Source: Promethearchaeota archaeon
GTDB lineage: Archaea > Asgardarchaeota > Lokiarchaeia > Sigyniarchaeales > SOKP01
NCBI GenBank assembly: GCA_048940925.1
Contig: JBHLOC010000002.1
Location: 128,001 to 192,000 of the forward strand
Direction of reading: 5' to 3'
DNA: 64,000 bases
Below, piece by piece: positions 51,061 through 61,638 of this stretch (the stretch's first letter is position 1; every line of letters begins with the position of its first letter). The translations under genes were made by a program, and so were the position numbers. The notes beneath the pieces were generated by a model. That model was given only the letters and a program-made list of their open reading frames with translations, was not told the origin of the DNA and did no database searches.

Positions 51061-51900
51061 TTAGAGGTTAATAGTCATCTCTTCATCGAATTTAGGTATT
51101 ATTACTTGTATTTTAGGATATTTTGATTCCATTAATTTCAGAAGGGGTTCTAAGTTCTCTGTTCTACTAATCGGAGGAAAGAAGTTATCCCAATGATAAG
51201 GGATCATAATATTTGGTTGTAATATTTTTATAATTTTTTCGGTTTTTTTAATCATATGTCTATGAGAATTTCCTGCATATGGAACCAGAAATACATCACA
51301 TGGTTGAAACTTTTGGAGTTCTTCCACATATTTATGCCATAAACTCCCAAAAGATATAATTTTGATATTAATAAAGTATGTACAAAATCCAAAGACCTCT
51401 CCTTTGGGAAACCCTTTGCCATATGATAAGATAGATCTAGATTCTTTTAGAAATTGCCAAGAAAAGACTCGAGAGAAAATCGTTTTAAAATCAAATTTTA
51501 TATGTTCGGATTTAATTAGTTCAACAGTTATACCCTCTGAAATTTTGATTTTATCATGAAAATTACAGATCTTAATGTTGTTTTTTGCTCTTTCTGAAAG
51601 ATTTTCATTATGATTTTTGATAATCTTCCCTTCCGCCCAATTAATAATATTATTTTTTGCAGCTTCAGAGCAAAATACAGGAATATCTAAATTTTCTGAA
51701 AACCAACCCGCATCACAAGCATGATCAAAATGACCATGGGAGATGAAAATTCCAGATACATCACTGATATCTTCTTTCCGAGTTTTTAATTGAGGAGTTG
51801 CCCTTTCATTTCGTGAAAAAAAAGGATCGAATAATAGTTTAACACCATTTAATGATAAGATATAGGAGGCAGTTCCTAACCAAGTGATTTTTATTGTCAT
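51061..51900 (-). CDS. Metallo-beta-lactamase-fold hydrolase
   Basis: ITWLG, LLFDPFF, ISHGHFDH, IPYHWD. Confidence 0.88.
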   Translation of the reverse strand: MTIKITWLGTASYILSLNGVKLLFDPFFSRNERATPQLKTRKEDISDVSGIFISHGHFDHACDAGWFSENLDIPVFCSEAAKNNIINWAEGKIIKNHNENLSERAKNNIKICNFHDKIKISEGITVELIKSEHIKFDFKTIFSRVFSWQFLKESRSILSYGKGFPKGEVFGFCTYFINIKIISFGSLWHKYVEELQKFQPCDVFLVPYAGNSHRHMIKKTEKIIKILQPNIMIPYHWDNFFPPISRTENLEPLLKLMESKYPKIQVIIPKFDEEMTINL

Positions 51901-52021
51901 TAATGTAAATTATTAAGTAAATTTAACTAATCTTTTCATTTGATAAATAAAAATATATTATATAATTTTTTATTACTAATTTAAATTACACCTCAACCAA
52001 TTTTAAAAAAAGTAAATAGAA

Positions 52022-53173
52022 ATGATATCTCAATCTATAGCGTTAAAGGAATTCCAATTTCTATTTTATTTAATTCCAGTGACAATTGGTATCGAATTGG
52101 TTATTTATTTTTATTATCAATATTTTAAAATAAGAGATGTCAAATTAAAATTAAATAGAGTGCTATTGGCATTCGGAACATTTATTTTATTTATTGTAAT
52201 AGGTCCACTGTGGATTCAAATTTCAAGAAATTTTTTAATTGAAGGGTCCCTAACATATGAGGTAATCTCCCGAATAGGATGGGCATTTGCTTTCTTTTCA
52301 ACAATAGGATTCTCTTTATTTATTATAAAGAAGGAATTTTCTCAAATAATCAATATCAATGTGGTTAAATTCTTAATAATTCTTAATCTTATTCCCCTTA
52401 CTGTATTAATATTTACACCATCCACAAGAGCTCCTATCTTCCTAATTAGCATTATATTTGTAGTATTAAATGGTTTAAACGTAATAAGATTTCAAATAGT
52501 ATTAATAAGCAAATCAGTTGGAAAAATCAAACGGAAATTCCTTTATTTCCTTTTGGGGGCATTAGTAAGTTTTCCTGCTTTAGGTTTTGCAATTTTAGTA
52601 GGTATTGGAATTTTACCCCCTATTATCAATGAAATTGTTTATTTTACGGGAGTTGCAATTCTTTTACTAGGATTTATAATTATCGCTTTCTCAGTTTATG
52701 AGTTTCCCCCTTTTTATGAATTTGAATGGAGAGAAAACTTACTTAAACTATTTATTATTAATCAAAGAACTGTAGAATATATTTATTATTATGATTTTAC
52801 TAATGAAAATAAAGTAATTGATTCAAATGAAAATTCATTTCAAGAAGCGAGGACTAAACTTTACTCTGGTGGAATTCTAGGTGTCGAGCGTGTTATTACT
52901 ATAATTACTAACACGAAAGAAGAAAGGATTAATAAAATCAAACAAGAAGATTCAGTTATATTATTAAATTATAGCTCTGTAATACCTTACCTAACGTATG
53001 CATTAATAATTAGAAAAGACTTATTAAGTTTAGGACACTTTCTTGATTCTATAAAACGGCAATTTGAAGCATTTTACAGAGAAATCCTTTTGAATTTAGA
53101 GAATTTAGAAGGTGATCAAAAATTACTGTTTAAGAGTTTTGATTTAATAATAAAAGGTATTTTAACACAATAA
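52022..53173 (+). CDS. Multi-TM (6-7) membrane protein with C-terminal longin-like domain
   Basis: Hydrophobic N-terminal ~230 aa, then FEWRENLLKLFII...LYSGGILG...FEAFYREIL. Confidence 0.65.
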   Translation: MISQSIALKEFQFLFYLIPVTIGIELVIYFYYQYFKIRDVKLKLNRVLLAFGTFILFIVIGPLWIQISRNFLIEGSLTYEVISRIGWAFAFFSTIGFSLFIIKKEFSQIININVVKFLIILNLIPLTVLIFTPSTRAPIFLISIIFVVLNGLNVIRFQIVLISKSVGKIKRKFLYFLLGALVSFPALGFAILVGIGILPPIINEIVYFTGVAILLLGFIIIAFSVYEFPPFYEFEWRENLLKLFIINQRTVEYIYYYDFTNENKVIDSNENSFQEARTKLYSGGILGVERVITIITNTKEERINKIKQEDSVILLNYSSVIPYLTYALIIRKDLLSLGHFLDSIKRQFEAFYREILLNLENLEGDQKLLFKSFDLIIKGILTQ

Positions 53174-53185
53174 GAGGTTATTCTA

Positions 53186-54271
53186 ATGATATTTGTAGAT
53201 TTCCCCATAACTGGTCAATATAGATTTATCCTAATGATTTTTGAATGGATTTTTTCAATTATATGTTTAGAGTTTGGGATTCTATTTATGTTCAGGCATA
53301 AAAAAGAGCAAAATAAGTTCAAAAATTCCCAAGACATTGGATATATATTCTTATTTTTTGCTCTTTCTTTAAGTGGAGTTTTTTCAGTATTAGGTTCCTA
53401 TTTTTCCTATAGCATCACCCTAATAGAATTACACCATTTTATTAGTTATGTCTTTTTACATTTTGGTTTTCTATTGTTTATCATTGTAAAGGAGAAACAA
53501 AAAATATATTTTTTTAAGCGGTATTTCTTTTCTATCTGTTTGCTTATTTTATTAATTCTTTTCATCTTGTTTTCCTTTCTGAATAATCAGCTAGTCATTA
53601 TTGAATCCACTATTTTTCTTTCTACTATTTTTCTTTTTTTTGTTTTATTTTTTATGGAATTTATAATAAAATCCAAAATTGAAAGTAAGTTATTTAAAAA
53701 ATTTATAACAACTATCTTTCCCTTTTCGTTATTATTAATTGGATTATTTTTAACTTCTGATTATTCATTGAATTTATTGCAATTGCAATTTAGGTTATTT
53801 GGTTCTTTATTACAAATATTTGGAATTGCATTCTTTACTTATTTCTTCTTAAAATTTCCAGCTTTCTCTGAATTTGATTGGAAAGATAAAATTGAAGATG
53901 TCTTTTTAATTTACGAAAATGGGGCATGCTTATTCTATAAATCTTACACTCAGAAATTAGATTTATTAAATGAGCACATAATAACAAGCGCAATTACTTC
54001 TGTAAACATTATGCTAAAAGAAATATTGAAATCGAGAGCCAAGCAAATTTCTATAATTAAAAAGAAAGGAAAATTAATCTACATCTTCCCAGGGGATTTA
54101 ATAACTGGAGTTATTTTTTCCAAAAAAGAGTCAAGAACTATTGAGTTAAATATGAAGCAATTTGTTATAAAAATAGAACAAGTTTATAACAATATTTTAA
54201 AAGATTGGGACGGAGATCTCGAAATTTTTAAACCAATTAATTATATTTTTGAAGAAATATTTTCTGCCTAA
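53186..54271 (+). CDS. Multi-TM membrane protein with C-terminal longin-like domain
   Basis: FDWKDKIEDVFLIYENGACLF...IITSAITSV..MLKEI..ISIIKK..LKDWDGDLEIF. Confidence 0.65.
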   Translation: MIFVDFPITGQYRFILMIFEWIFSIICLEFGILFMFRHKKEQNKFKNSQDIGYIFLFFALSLSGVFSVLGSYFSYSITLIELHHFISYVFLHFGFLLFIIVKEKQKIYFFKRYFFSICLLILLILFILFSFLNNQLVIIESTIFLSTIFLFFVLFFMEFIIKSKIESKLFKKFITTIFPFSLLLIGLFLTSDYSLNLLQLQFRLFGSLLQIFGIAFFTYFFLKFPAFSEFDWKDKIEDVFLIYENGACLFYKSYTQKLDLLNEHIITSAITSVNIMLKEILKSRAKQISIIKKKGKLIYIFPGDLITGVIFSKKESRTIELNMKQFVIKIEQVYNNILKDWDGDLEIFKPINYIFEEIFSA

Positions 54272-54471
54272 AAGATTTTTATTGTACATATTTTAAATGA
54301 GATTTTAATAATTATCACATTTTTTTTTCCACTAGGTAAAATACGTAAATGAGCATAATCCGATTTTTTTCAAATTTGAGGAAATATTTTAATCGTGATA
54401 CATTCAATTTCATATTGTATTATTAATTATAAATCTTAAATTAAAATCAAAAAAGGGTTAGATATAAAAAA

Positions 54472-55911
54472 TTGATTGGAATTAAATCATATGGAGCATA
54501 TTTACCTAAATATTTATTACCACGTGAATTAATTGGCAAAGCATGGGATTTTCCTGTCGTTCCTGGGACTAAAGCTGTTGCTATGGCAGATGAAGATAGT
54601 ATTACTATGTCTGTTGAAGCTGGTTTAGATTGCTTAATGGGAATTGATCCAAAAACAATAGATGGTTTATATTTTGCTTCGACAACTCAGGTCTATACAG
54701 AAAAGGATTCAGCATCCCTCTTGTCCACCGTTTTAGATTTGAGAGAAGATATAATCACTGCTGATTTTACAGATTCATTGAAAGCAGGAACAACTGCAGT
54801 AGCGCGTGCTGTAGATACTATTAAAGCTAATAAAGATATCAAAAATATCCTTGTAATTGCCGCGGATACTAGAGCTCCAGAACCATCAACTATGTGGGAA
54901 TATGGATTTGCTGATGGAGCAGCTGCTTTACTTATATCAGAAGATGATAATCTACCATTATCCATTGATGATTATTATTCTGTTGCTTCAAATGTTTCTG
55001 GACCATGGAAAAGAGCAGATAAAGATAAATTTATTAGGACTTTCGAAGCAAAATTGGATGCGAAGTTTTATTTCGAGAATATTACTAAAACCATGTCAGA
55101 GATTTTAAAAAGAAATAATTTGAATCCTGAAGAAATTAGTACTGCTGCTTATTACTATAATAATCCTAGAATGCATGGTAGAGTAGCTAAAATGATGAAA
55201 TTTTCACAAGGGGTTGCTCAAAACAGTGTATTTTTTCAAATCGGTGACTTAGGGACTCCTATGCCATTTATCCTTTTAATTTCTGCTTTAAGAAGACCAA
55301 AACCTGATGCAAAAATAATTATGGCCGGATTTGGAGATGGTGCAGACGCAATTTTGATGCAAGTTCAGGATAGAAATGTTTTAAGAGATCTTGGGAAAAC
55401 TCGAATGGGTTTAGTGGGGCATCAAAAATCTATGACGACCTTAGAAAATTATAATAAATTTCTCGATTTTAAGCAGATTCTAGAAAAAGATAGATATACC
55501 CGAAAGAGTTCTGCTGTAACGATGTGGCGTGATACAGGATCAGTCTATAAATGGTATGGTGTTAAGTGTACAAATTGCGGAGCGATTCAATATCCAGACT
55601 TTTTGCGTTCTTGTTATGTTTGTAGGGCAGATGATCAATTAGAGCCAGTAAAACTTTCATTAAAAGGAACAATCTTCACATTTACATTAGATCATTTAGT
55701 TGGTGGCGATTACCTTGATACACCTGTACCTCGTTGTGTGATTGATTTAGATGGCGGGGGTAGAGTATTATTGAATATGACAGAAATAGAGAAACCAGAA
55801 GAAAACGTCCAAATAGGTATGAGAGTTGAATTAACTTTTAGAAAAGAACATGAAGGTGGAGAATTTTTAAATTATTATTGGAAATGTCGACCTGAGAGGG
55901 GGAGACCATAA
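54472..55911 (+). CDS. HMG-CoA-synthase-like domain fused to DUF35 (Zn-ribbon plus OB-fold)
   Basis: GIKSYGAYLP, DEDSITM, GFGDGADA; CTNCG..CYVC, GTIFTFT, VQIGMRVELTFRK. Confidence 0.85.
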   Translation: MIGIKSYGAYLPKYLLPRELIGKAWDFPVVPGTKAVAMADEDSITMSVEAGLDCLMGIDPKTIDGLYFASTTQVYTEKDSASLLSTVLDLREDIITADFTDSLKAGTTAVARAVDTIKANKDIKNILVIAADTRAPEPSTMWEYGFADGAAALLISEDDNLPLSIDDYYSVASNVSGPWKRADKDKFIRTFEAKLDAKFYFENITKTMSEILKRNNLNPEEISTAAYYYNNPRMHGRVAKMMKFSQGVAQNSVFFQIGDLGTPMPFILLISALRRPKPDAKIIMAGFGDGADAILMQVQDRNVLRDLGKTRMGLVGHQKSMTTLENYNKFLDFKQILEKDRYTRKSSAVTMWRDTGSVYKWYGVKCTNCGAIQYPDFLRSCYVCRADDQLEPVKLSLKGTIFTFTLDHLVGGDYLDTPVPRCVIDLDGGGRVLLNMTEIEKPEENVQIGMRVELTFRKEHEGGEFLNYYWKCRPERGRP

Positions 55912-55927
55912 AGGAGGTATATGAAAA

Positions 55928-57115
55928 ATGACAATAAAAGGAATAAAAGATAGAGTTGCCATAATTGGAGCTGATATGACGAAATATGGAGAACTCTGGG
56001 ATAAAAGCCAATATGATTTACTTTTTGAAGCATTCCAAGGAGCTATTAAAGATGCAGGAGTAACTAAAGATGAGATTGAAGCAGCATGGGCAGGAATTTA
56101 TTATTACTTTACAGGAATGTCTGGAGCAACAATCGAGGATATGTTAAGATTAGATGGAATCCCAATTACACGCACAGAAAATTATTGCGCCTCAGGTATG
56201 GATGCCTTTCGGAATGCTTGTTTTGGTATAGCTAGCGGAGTTTATGATGTAGTTTTAGCATGTGGTGTAGAAAAATTGATGGATGAAGGGTCAAGTGGAC
56301 TTCCAGGATTCAAAATTTTTGGGCATCCTGTATTTCCTTTACCCTCAGCTCCTGCAATGTTCTCTATGGCTGCTACTAGGAGTTTTCATGATTTTGGGTG
56401 GTCAAAAGAAGACCTCGCTCGAGTTGCTGTTAAGAACCATGATAACGGTTCTTATCATCCAAAAGCTCACTTCAGAAATAAAATATCAATTGAACAAGCA
56501 ATGAAAGCGCCAATGATTGCTGATCCTCTTGGAAGATTTGATTGTTGTGCCATGTCAGATGGAGCTGCCGCCTTAATTTTGACAAAACCAGAACTTGCAG
56601 AGAGTTATGCACATGCAGATGATTATATTTTAGTAAAAGCAAACGCTATTTCAGCTAGAACTAACACGCCATGGTATGTCCCTCCTAATGGACCTGGAGC
56701 GGATTTTATAAGTTTTCCTTCGACTGTGAAGGCAGCGAAATACGCTTATAAGGAAGCAGGTATTACTAATCCCCGAGAGGAAATTAATGCAGCTGAAGTA
56801 CATGATTGTTTTACTATTACAGAATTATTAAATTGTCAAGATTTACAATTCTGTGAACATGGTCAAGCAGCTGAGGAATTAAAAAAGGGAACCTTTAATT
56901 GGGATGGTGAAACCGCCGTAAATCCCTCAGGAGGTCTGAAATCATTCGGACATCCAATAGGATCAACGGGTTGTCGAATGCTAACAGAAATTACAAAACA
57001 ACTTCAAGGTCGTGCTGAAGGTCGACAGGTACCTGACGCTAAGATCGGTCTATGCCACAATCTTGGTGGCGCTTTTAGCGTTGCCTCAGTGACCATTTTA
57101 AGTCAACGTGATTAA
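55928..57115 (+). CDS. Acetyl-CoA acetyltransferase (SCP2-type thiolase)
   Basis: ENYCASG, DGAAA, EVHDCF, NPSGGLKSFGHPIG, HNLGG. Confidence 0.92.
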   Translation: MTIKGIKDRVAIIGADMTKYGELWDKSQYDLLFEAFQGAIKDAGVTKDEIEAAWAGIYYYFTGMSGATIEDMLRLDGIPITRTENYCASGMDAFRNACFGIASGVYDVVLACGVEKLMDEGSSGLPGFKIFGHPVFPLPSAPAMFSMAATRSFHDFGWSKEDLARVAVKNHDNGSYHPKAHFRNKISIEQAMKAPMIADPLGRFDCCAMSDGAAALILTKPELAESYAHADDYILVKANAISARTNTPWYVPPNGPGADFISFPSTVKAAKYAYKEAGITNPREEINAAEVHDCFTITELLNCQDLQFCEHGQAAEELKKGTFNWDGETAVNPSGGLKSFGHPIGSTGCRMLTEITKQLQGRAEGRQVPDAKIGLCHNLGGAFSVASVTILSQRD

Positions 57116-57418
57116 TACTTCAAAATTCTTTTCTTTTTTATAAATCAATATCCCATAAAATTAATTCATAAATACTCTTGATATTTTACGCATGCAAAAT
57201 TTCTTAATTTAATAATTCAGGATTAAACTTTTTTTTCTAAATAGAAATTTCTTATTTTTTAATTAAAAATAAAGCATATTGTTATATGTTCATTTAGAAA
57301 CCATATTAATAATAACCATTTATTGAGAAGATTAATATCATATTTAAAAATTATAAAATTAGTGATACAAGTTTAATCTAGAAAATTATATTAGTTTTAC
57401 CTTATGGAAGTGAATTAA

Positions 57419-57952
57419 ATGATAGAAAATATTAAAGGAGTATTTGAATTGCTGGCTAAATATAATCAAATCACAAATCAAGATATGATTGAAGTTTTAG
57501 AGGGAGTTGAACCTTCCAAACTAACAGAAAATTTACGGTCTTATTATGGATCTATCTTAGGAATATTAAATCATCATTTGCTTGCTGATATTGGTTGGAT
57601 TCGTATTTTGGGAACTCATATTGCAGCTTTAGATTTTATACCTCCGCTCTTAGAACGCTTCCCAACTAACCGTCCTCCTCCTAACGAGCTTATTTGGACC
57701 TCTCTTGATGAGTATAAATTAATTCGCGTAGAAATAGATAACTTATTGGAGCGTGTGGTTAAAACACTCGATCTTTCCCAATTTTCATCCATTCTTACAA
57801 TTGAGGGGCGTCGGGGAAAAATGGAATATATGACATGGCGTATTTTATTACATTTGTTTAACCATCATACTCACCATAGAGGAGGAGTTGCTGTGTTACT
57901 GGACCAACTGGGAGTAGAAAATGATTACTCAAGTCTACTCTGGAAAGTATGA
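57419..57952 (+). CDS. DinB family protein
   Basis: SILGILNHH, ILLHLFNHHTHHRG. Confidence 0.88.
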   Translation: MIENIKGVFELLAKYNQITNQDMIEVLEGVEPSKLTENLRSYYGSILGILNHHLLADIGWIRILGTHIAALDFIPPLLERFPTNRPPPNELIWTSLDEYKLIRVEIDNLLERVVKTLDLSQFSSILTIEGRRGKMEYMTWRILLHLFNHHTHHRGGVAVLLDQLGVENDYSSLLWKV

Positions 57953-58109
57953 TCATTAAAATTTAGACATACATCATTATTTCTTAACTTAAAAGTTTTT
58001 ATAGAGATGATCATCAATGATCCTATAATTAAATAAAATGGTGAAATTAATCTTTATTTATAGTTGTATCAAATAAGATGTAAATTGACTTAACTAATAT
58101 TCGATTGTT

Positions 58110-59042
58110 TCACTCACCGATACTCAATTTATCCTGTTCTTCTAAACAGAATTCACATTCCTCAACACTTGCTTTATCACAGACTTTACACTTATGCTTG
58201 TATCCTATATCCTTCCCTGCTCTTCTTTTGGGTGAAAAAATCATTGATATTACAAAAATAATACTTATTGTTATGGTAATTGTAGAGCCAGATGGTAAAT
58301 TAAGGATATAAGACAGATAAAGCCCAATAAAAGAGGAAATAGCTCCAAATGACATAGAAAGTAGTAGGATTCTATTTATTTTGTAACTCCATTGATATGC
58401 GGCAGCTGCAGGAGTTATAATCATAGCAAAAACCAAGATCGCACCAATAGCTTTCAAGGACACAACAATAGCTAAAGAAATTAGTATAAGAAATATATAT
58501 GAAATAAATCTTACGGGTAATCCCGTTGCACTTGCCATTTCATCATCAAAAGTTATAAAAAATAGCTCTTTTTTCATAAAGAAGATGATCATAATGATTA
58601 TTATGCTGATAGATATCAATAAAACTAGATCTTCTGTTGTAACAACCAAAACGTTTCCAAAAAGAAGAGCAGTAACTCCTGCATTATATGTTTTAATCAG
58701 ACTTATAAATAATATCGCAAGAGCCATTGTTAGAGAAAAAATAATCCCTATTGCAACATTATTGTCTTCTACATAACCTTTTTCATTAATGAAACCAATA
58801 GTCATTGCTGCTCCTGTACTAAAAAAGAATATCGTAATGAACGGATTTATTCCTAAGAGAATCCCTAATGCTCCTCCTGCGAAAGATGAATGAGCTATAC
58901 CTGCTCCCATAAAGATTAACCCTCTTAATATAATAAATGCGCCCACAAGACCGCAAATTACCCCTACAATTATTGATGTGACTAAAGCCCGTTGGAGGAA
59001 TGAATATTTTGCTAAAGCTTCAAAAAAGCTCTCAAATAACAT
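58110..59042 (-). CDS. Zn/Mn ABC transporter permease (ZnuB-like) with Cys-rich tail
   Basis: FLQRAL, GIAHSSFAG, LLFGNVL, ITFDDEMA, PSGSTI; tail HKCKVC..CEFC. Confidence 0.9.
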   Translation of the reverse strand: MLFESFFEALAKYSFLQRALVTSIIVGVICGLVGAFIILRGLIFMGAGIAHSSFAGGALGILLGINPFITIFFFSTGAAMTIGFINEKGYVEDNNVAIGIIFSLTMALAILFISLIKTYNAGVTALLFGNVLVVTTEDLVLLISISIIIIMIIFFMKKELFFITFDDEMASATGLPVRFISYIFLILISLAIVVSLKAIGAILVFAMIITPAAAAYQWSYKINRILLLSMSFGAISSFIGLYLSYILNLPSGSTITITISIIFVISMIFSPKRRAGKDIGYKHKCKVCDKASVEECEFCLEEQDKLSIGE

Positions 59043-59161
59043 GATTAAAAATCAATTTTAATATTTTTACATTAATTATTTGAGTAAAATTATGGATCAC
59101 TCCTTTAAAATTCTTTTTATAAAATAGTTATCTTAAAATTTAAATTAAATCATATACGAAT

Positions 59162-59177
59162 GATCGTAAGTACGATC
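59162..59177. promoter_or_regulatory. Palindrome GATCGTA-AG-TACGATC between divergent metal-ABC genes (candidate operator)
   Basis: Perfect 7-bp arms in an AT-rich divergent promoter region. Confidence 0.55.
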
Positions 59178-59187
59178 CATCATAATT

Positions 59188-60252
59188 TTGCAAATGCTGA
59201 TTTCTAAAAAAAAAGGGAAAAGAACTAAAAGGATAATATTTATTGTATTGATCATTTTTCTATTATCAGGAAATATTGGATTGAACAAATATAAAACAAC
59301 TACAAGGGTTTTGCATCCATTAAACTTTTCTAATGTAGTAAATACTACATTAAAAATTGTGGCTACACTTACAATAATAGAAAACGTAGTTGAAAATGTT
59401 ATTGGTCAAGATGTACCTGTTATTGTTCCTGGCTCTGCAGATCCTCATTCGTACGAACCGACATCTAGTGAAATTTTAGCTCTTGAGAATGCAGAAATTA
59501 TTTTTCGTATGGGAGAAGAGGAACTTGAGCCGTGGTGGCGAACTGAATGGGAAGATGCCGAAGTTGTTAGCTTAATTAACTCAAACATGCTTAAAATAGA
59601 TCCATTACTTGGTTTTGTCAATCCACATGTATGGATGAACCCGAATAATATGAAAAATTTTACATTAGAAGTAAATCGTACTCTCTGGATGCAGGAACCT
59701 TTACTTTCAAATAAATTTATATTTTCAAATAACACGTTGAAATACTTAACAGTTCTCGACAACTTATTAGTTTTAATTCAGAAAGCGAAGTCTACTTTCA
59801 ATGGAATGAAAGTTGTTGTTAATCATCCTGCTTATTTTTATTTATTTCAAGTAAATCTTTTAAATTTAACCCGATTAGCAACCATTGAAAAAGGTGAAGA
59901 TAAAGAGCCTTCAGCTATAGAGATTGCTGATATTATAAAGATAATGAGAGAAGAGGGATGTCATCTTGTTGTTACTGATCCCCAACATAGAACGGATAAT
60001 GTGTATGAAATAGCTAGGGAAACACAATCCAAAATTGCCTTGCTTACTCCCCTCTTAAATGTTGAAGTTACTTGGAATGAAAAAAAAATAATAATTTCCA
60101 ATTATACACAACTGATTCAGTATGATATATGGGCTTTAAGCAATCCAATTCATCCACCAAGTTTAAGTGATATTTGGTGGAATATTGCTATCTTTGGGTT
60201 ACTCATCATCGCGCTTTTAACTTTATTTCTTTATATAAGAAGAAAAAAATGA
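59188..60252 (+). CDS. Zn/Mn ABC substrate-binding protein (ZnuA/TroA-like) with C-terminal TM anchor
   Basis: ADPHSYEP, NPHVWMNP, NHPAYFYL, EPS. Confidence 0.9.
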   Translation: MQMLISKKKGKRTKRIIFIVLIIFLLSGNIGLNKYKTTTRVLHPLNFSNVVNTTLKIVATLTIIENVVENVIGQDVPVIVPGSADPHSYEPTSSEILALENAEIIFRMGEEELEPWWRTEWEDAEVVSLINSNMLKIDPLLGFVNPHVWMNPNNMKNFTLEVNRTLWMQEPLLSNKFIFSNNTLKYLTVLDNLLVLIQKAKSTFNGMKVVVNHPAYFYLFQVNLLNLTRLATIEKGEDKEPSAIEIADIIKIMREEGCHLVVTDPQHRTDNVYEIARETQSKIALLTPLLNVEVTWNEKKIIISNYTQLIQYDIWALSNPIHPPSLSDIWWNIAIFGLLIIALLTLFLYIRRKK

Positions 60253-60270
60253 GTTTGAGTTAAATCTATT

Positions 60271-61008
60271 ATGATAAATAACGAAGATTATCAAATGGAA
60301 CCGGTTATAGATTTTGAAGATGTTTCCGTTAAATACCAAAATATAATTGCTATCAGTCATGTTAATGTAAAAATATATCAAGGGGAATATATTGGTATTT
60401 TCGGTCCAAATGGTTCAGGAAAAACTACTTTTCTCAAAACCATAATAGGTCTTATTGAACCAGATAGTGGGATGGTTAAAGTATTGGGTTCGGAAAACAT
60501 CAAAAAAGTACGATCCAATGTCGGCTATGTTCCTCAAAATATTTCTGTTAAAAAAACATTTCCAGCTACAGTATTAGAAGTAGTAGAAATGGGATTATTT
60601 GGAAAAGTTGGATTTATGAGACCTTTAAAATCCGAAGATAAAAAGCAAGTTGATGAAGCACTTCACATGGTTCACATGGAAATATATAAGAATCGTCCAA
60701 TTGGACATTTATCTGGAGGAGAACTTCAGAAAGTGATGGTTGCTCGGGCTCTTGTCTCAAAACCTAATATTTTACTCCTTGATGAACCCACTAGTGCCTT
60801 AGACTTTATGATGGTGCAAGACCTGATGAAATTATTAGTTGAATTAAATAATAGACTTAATCTTACAATCATAGCAATCAATCACCATCTTGATTTACTG
60901 CAACCATACTGCACTAGGTTGTTACTAATGGATGGTACTATAATATATGATGGAAAACCCAATGATAGCATGATAAATGACATAATTAAACAAATTTTTA
61001 GCTTTTAA
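60271..61008 (+). CDS. Zn/Mn ABC ATPase (ZnuC-like)
   Basis: GPNGSGKT, GYVPQ, LSGGE, LLLDEP. Confidence 0.92.
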   Translation: MINNEDYQMEPVIDFEDVSVKYQNIIAISHVNVKIYQGEYIGIFGPNGSGKTTFLKTIIGLIEPDSGMVKVLGSENIKKVRSNVGYVPQNISVKKTFPATVLEVVEMGLFGKVGFMRPLKSEDKKQVDEALHMVHMEIYKNRPIGHLSGGELQKVMVARALVSKPNILLLDEPTSALDFMMVQDLMKLLVELNNRLNLTIIAINHHLDLLQPYCTRLLLMDGTIIYDGKPNDSMINDIIKQIFSF

Positions 61009-61033
61009 ACTAATTGTAGAGTGAGGTTATGAA

Positions 61034-61471
61034 ATTATAATAGATTTAGACTATAATGTTTTAAAATTTTTATACAATAATAAAAAACCTATTAAAATAA
61101 GTCAAATGGCTCGTGAGATAGATACCAAACATAGTACGCTCGGTAGCTGTGTAAAACGACTAAAAAAAAAGGGATATGTGAATTATGAACCTTTTTATGA
61201 AGTAATATTAACCAATAAAGGAAATGATTTAGCAAAAGAATTGTTAAGACATGAACGTCTGGTTGAACTACTTTTTTTTAACGAATTAGGAATGACAGTG
61301 AAAGAAGCACACGAAGAGAGTAAGAAACTTAATCTTCTACTTTCATGTAATACGATAAATAAGATATGTGAGAAATATGGACATCCGAAAAGATGTCCCT
61401 GTGGTGATGATATAATAAATTCAAAAAATTGCTATTGTGAGTTAGAGTTCAAACATTCTATTCATCATTAA
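61034..61471 (+). CDS. DtxR/MntR-family metal-dependent regulator; start probably ATT/ATA upstream of the tracked ATG
   Basis: Frame extends to IIIDLDYNVLKFLY..IKISQMARE; LTNKG, RHERLVELLF, AHEES, YGHPKRCPCG. Confidence 0.8.
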   Translation: MIIDLDYNVLKFLYNNKKPIKISQMAREIDTKHSTLGSCVKRLKKKGYVNYEPFYEVILTNKGNDLAKELLRHERLVELLFFNELGMTVKEAHEESKKLNLLLSCNTINKICEKYGHPKRCPCGDDIINSKNCYCELEFKHSIHH

Positions 61472-61638
61472 TCAAGTTTACAATTTTATTTAACTTAAAA
61501 TTAAAATTTGTATTTTCTTCTTTTTAAGATCTGTTTATTATCATTCGGTAATTTTATGTAAACATCATAAATATCTTTAAATAATTTTTAATAGAAGATT
61601 TAATTATTTTAGTAGAATTAATAGTAGGTTTATATATT

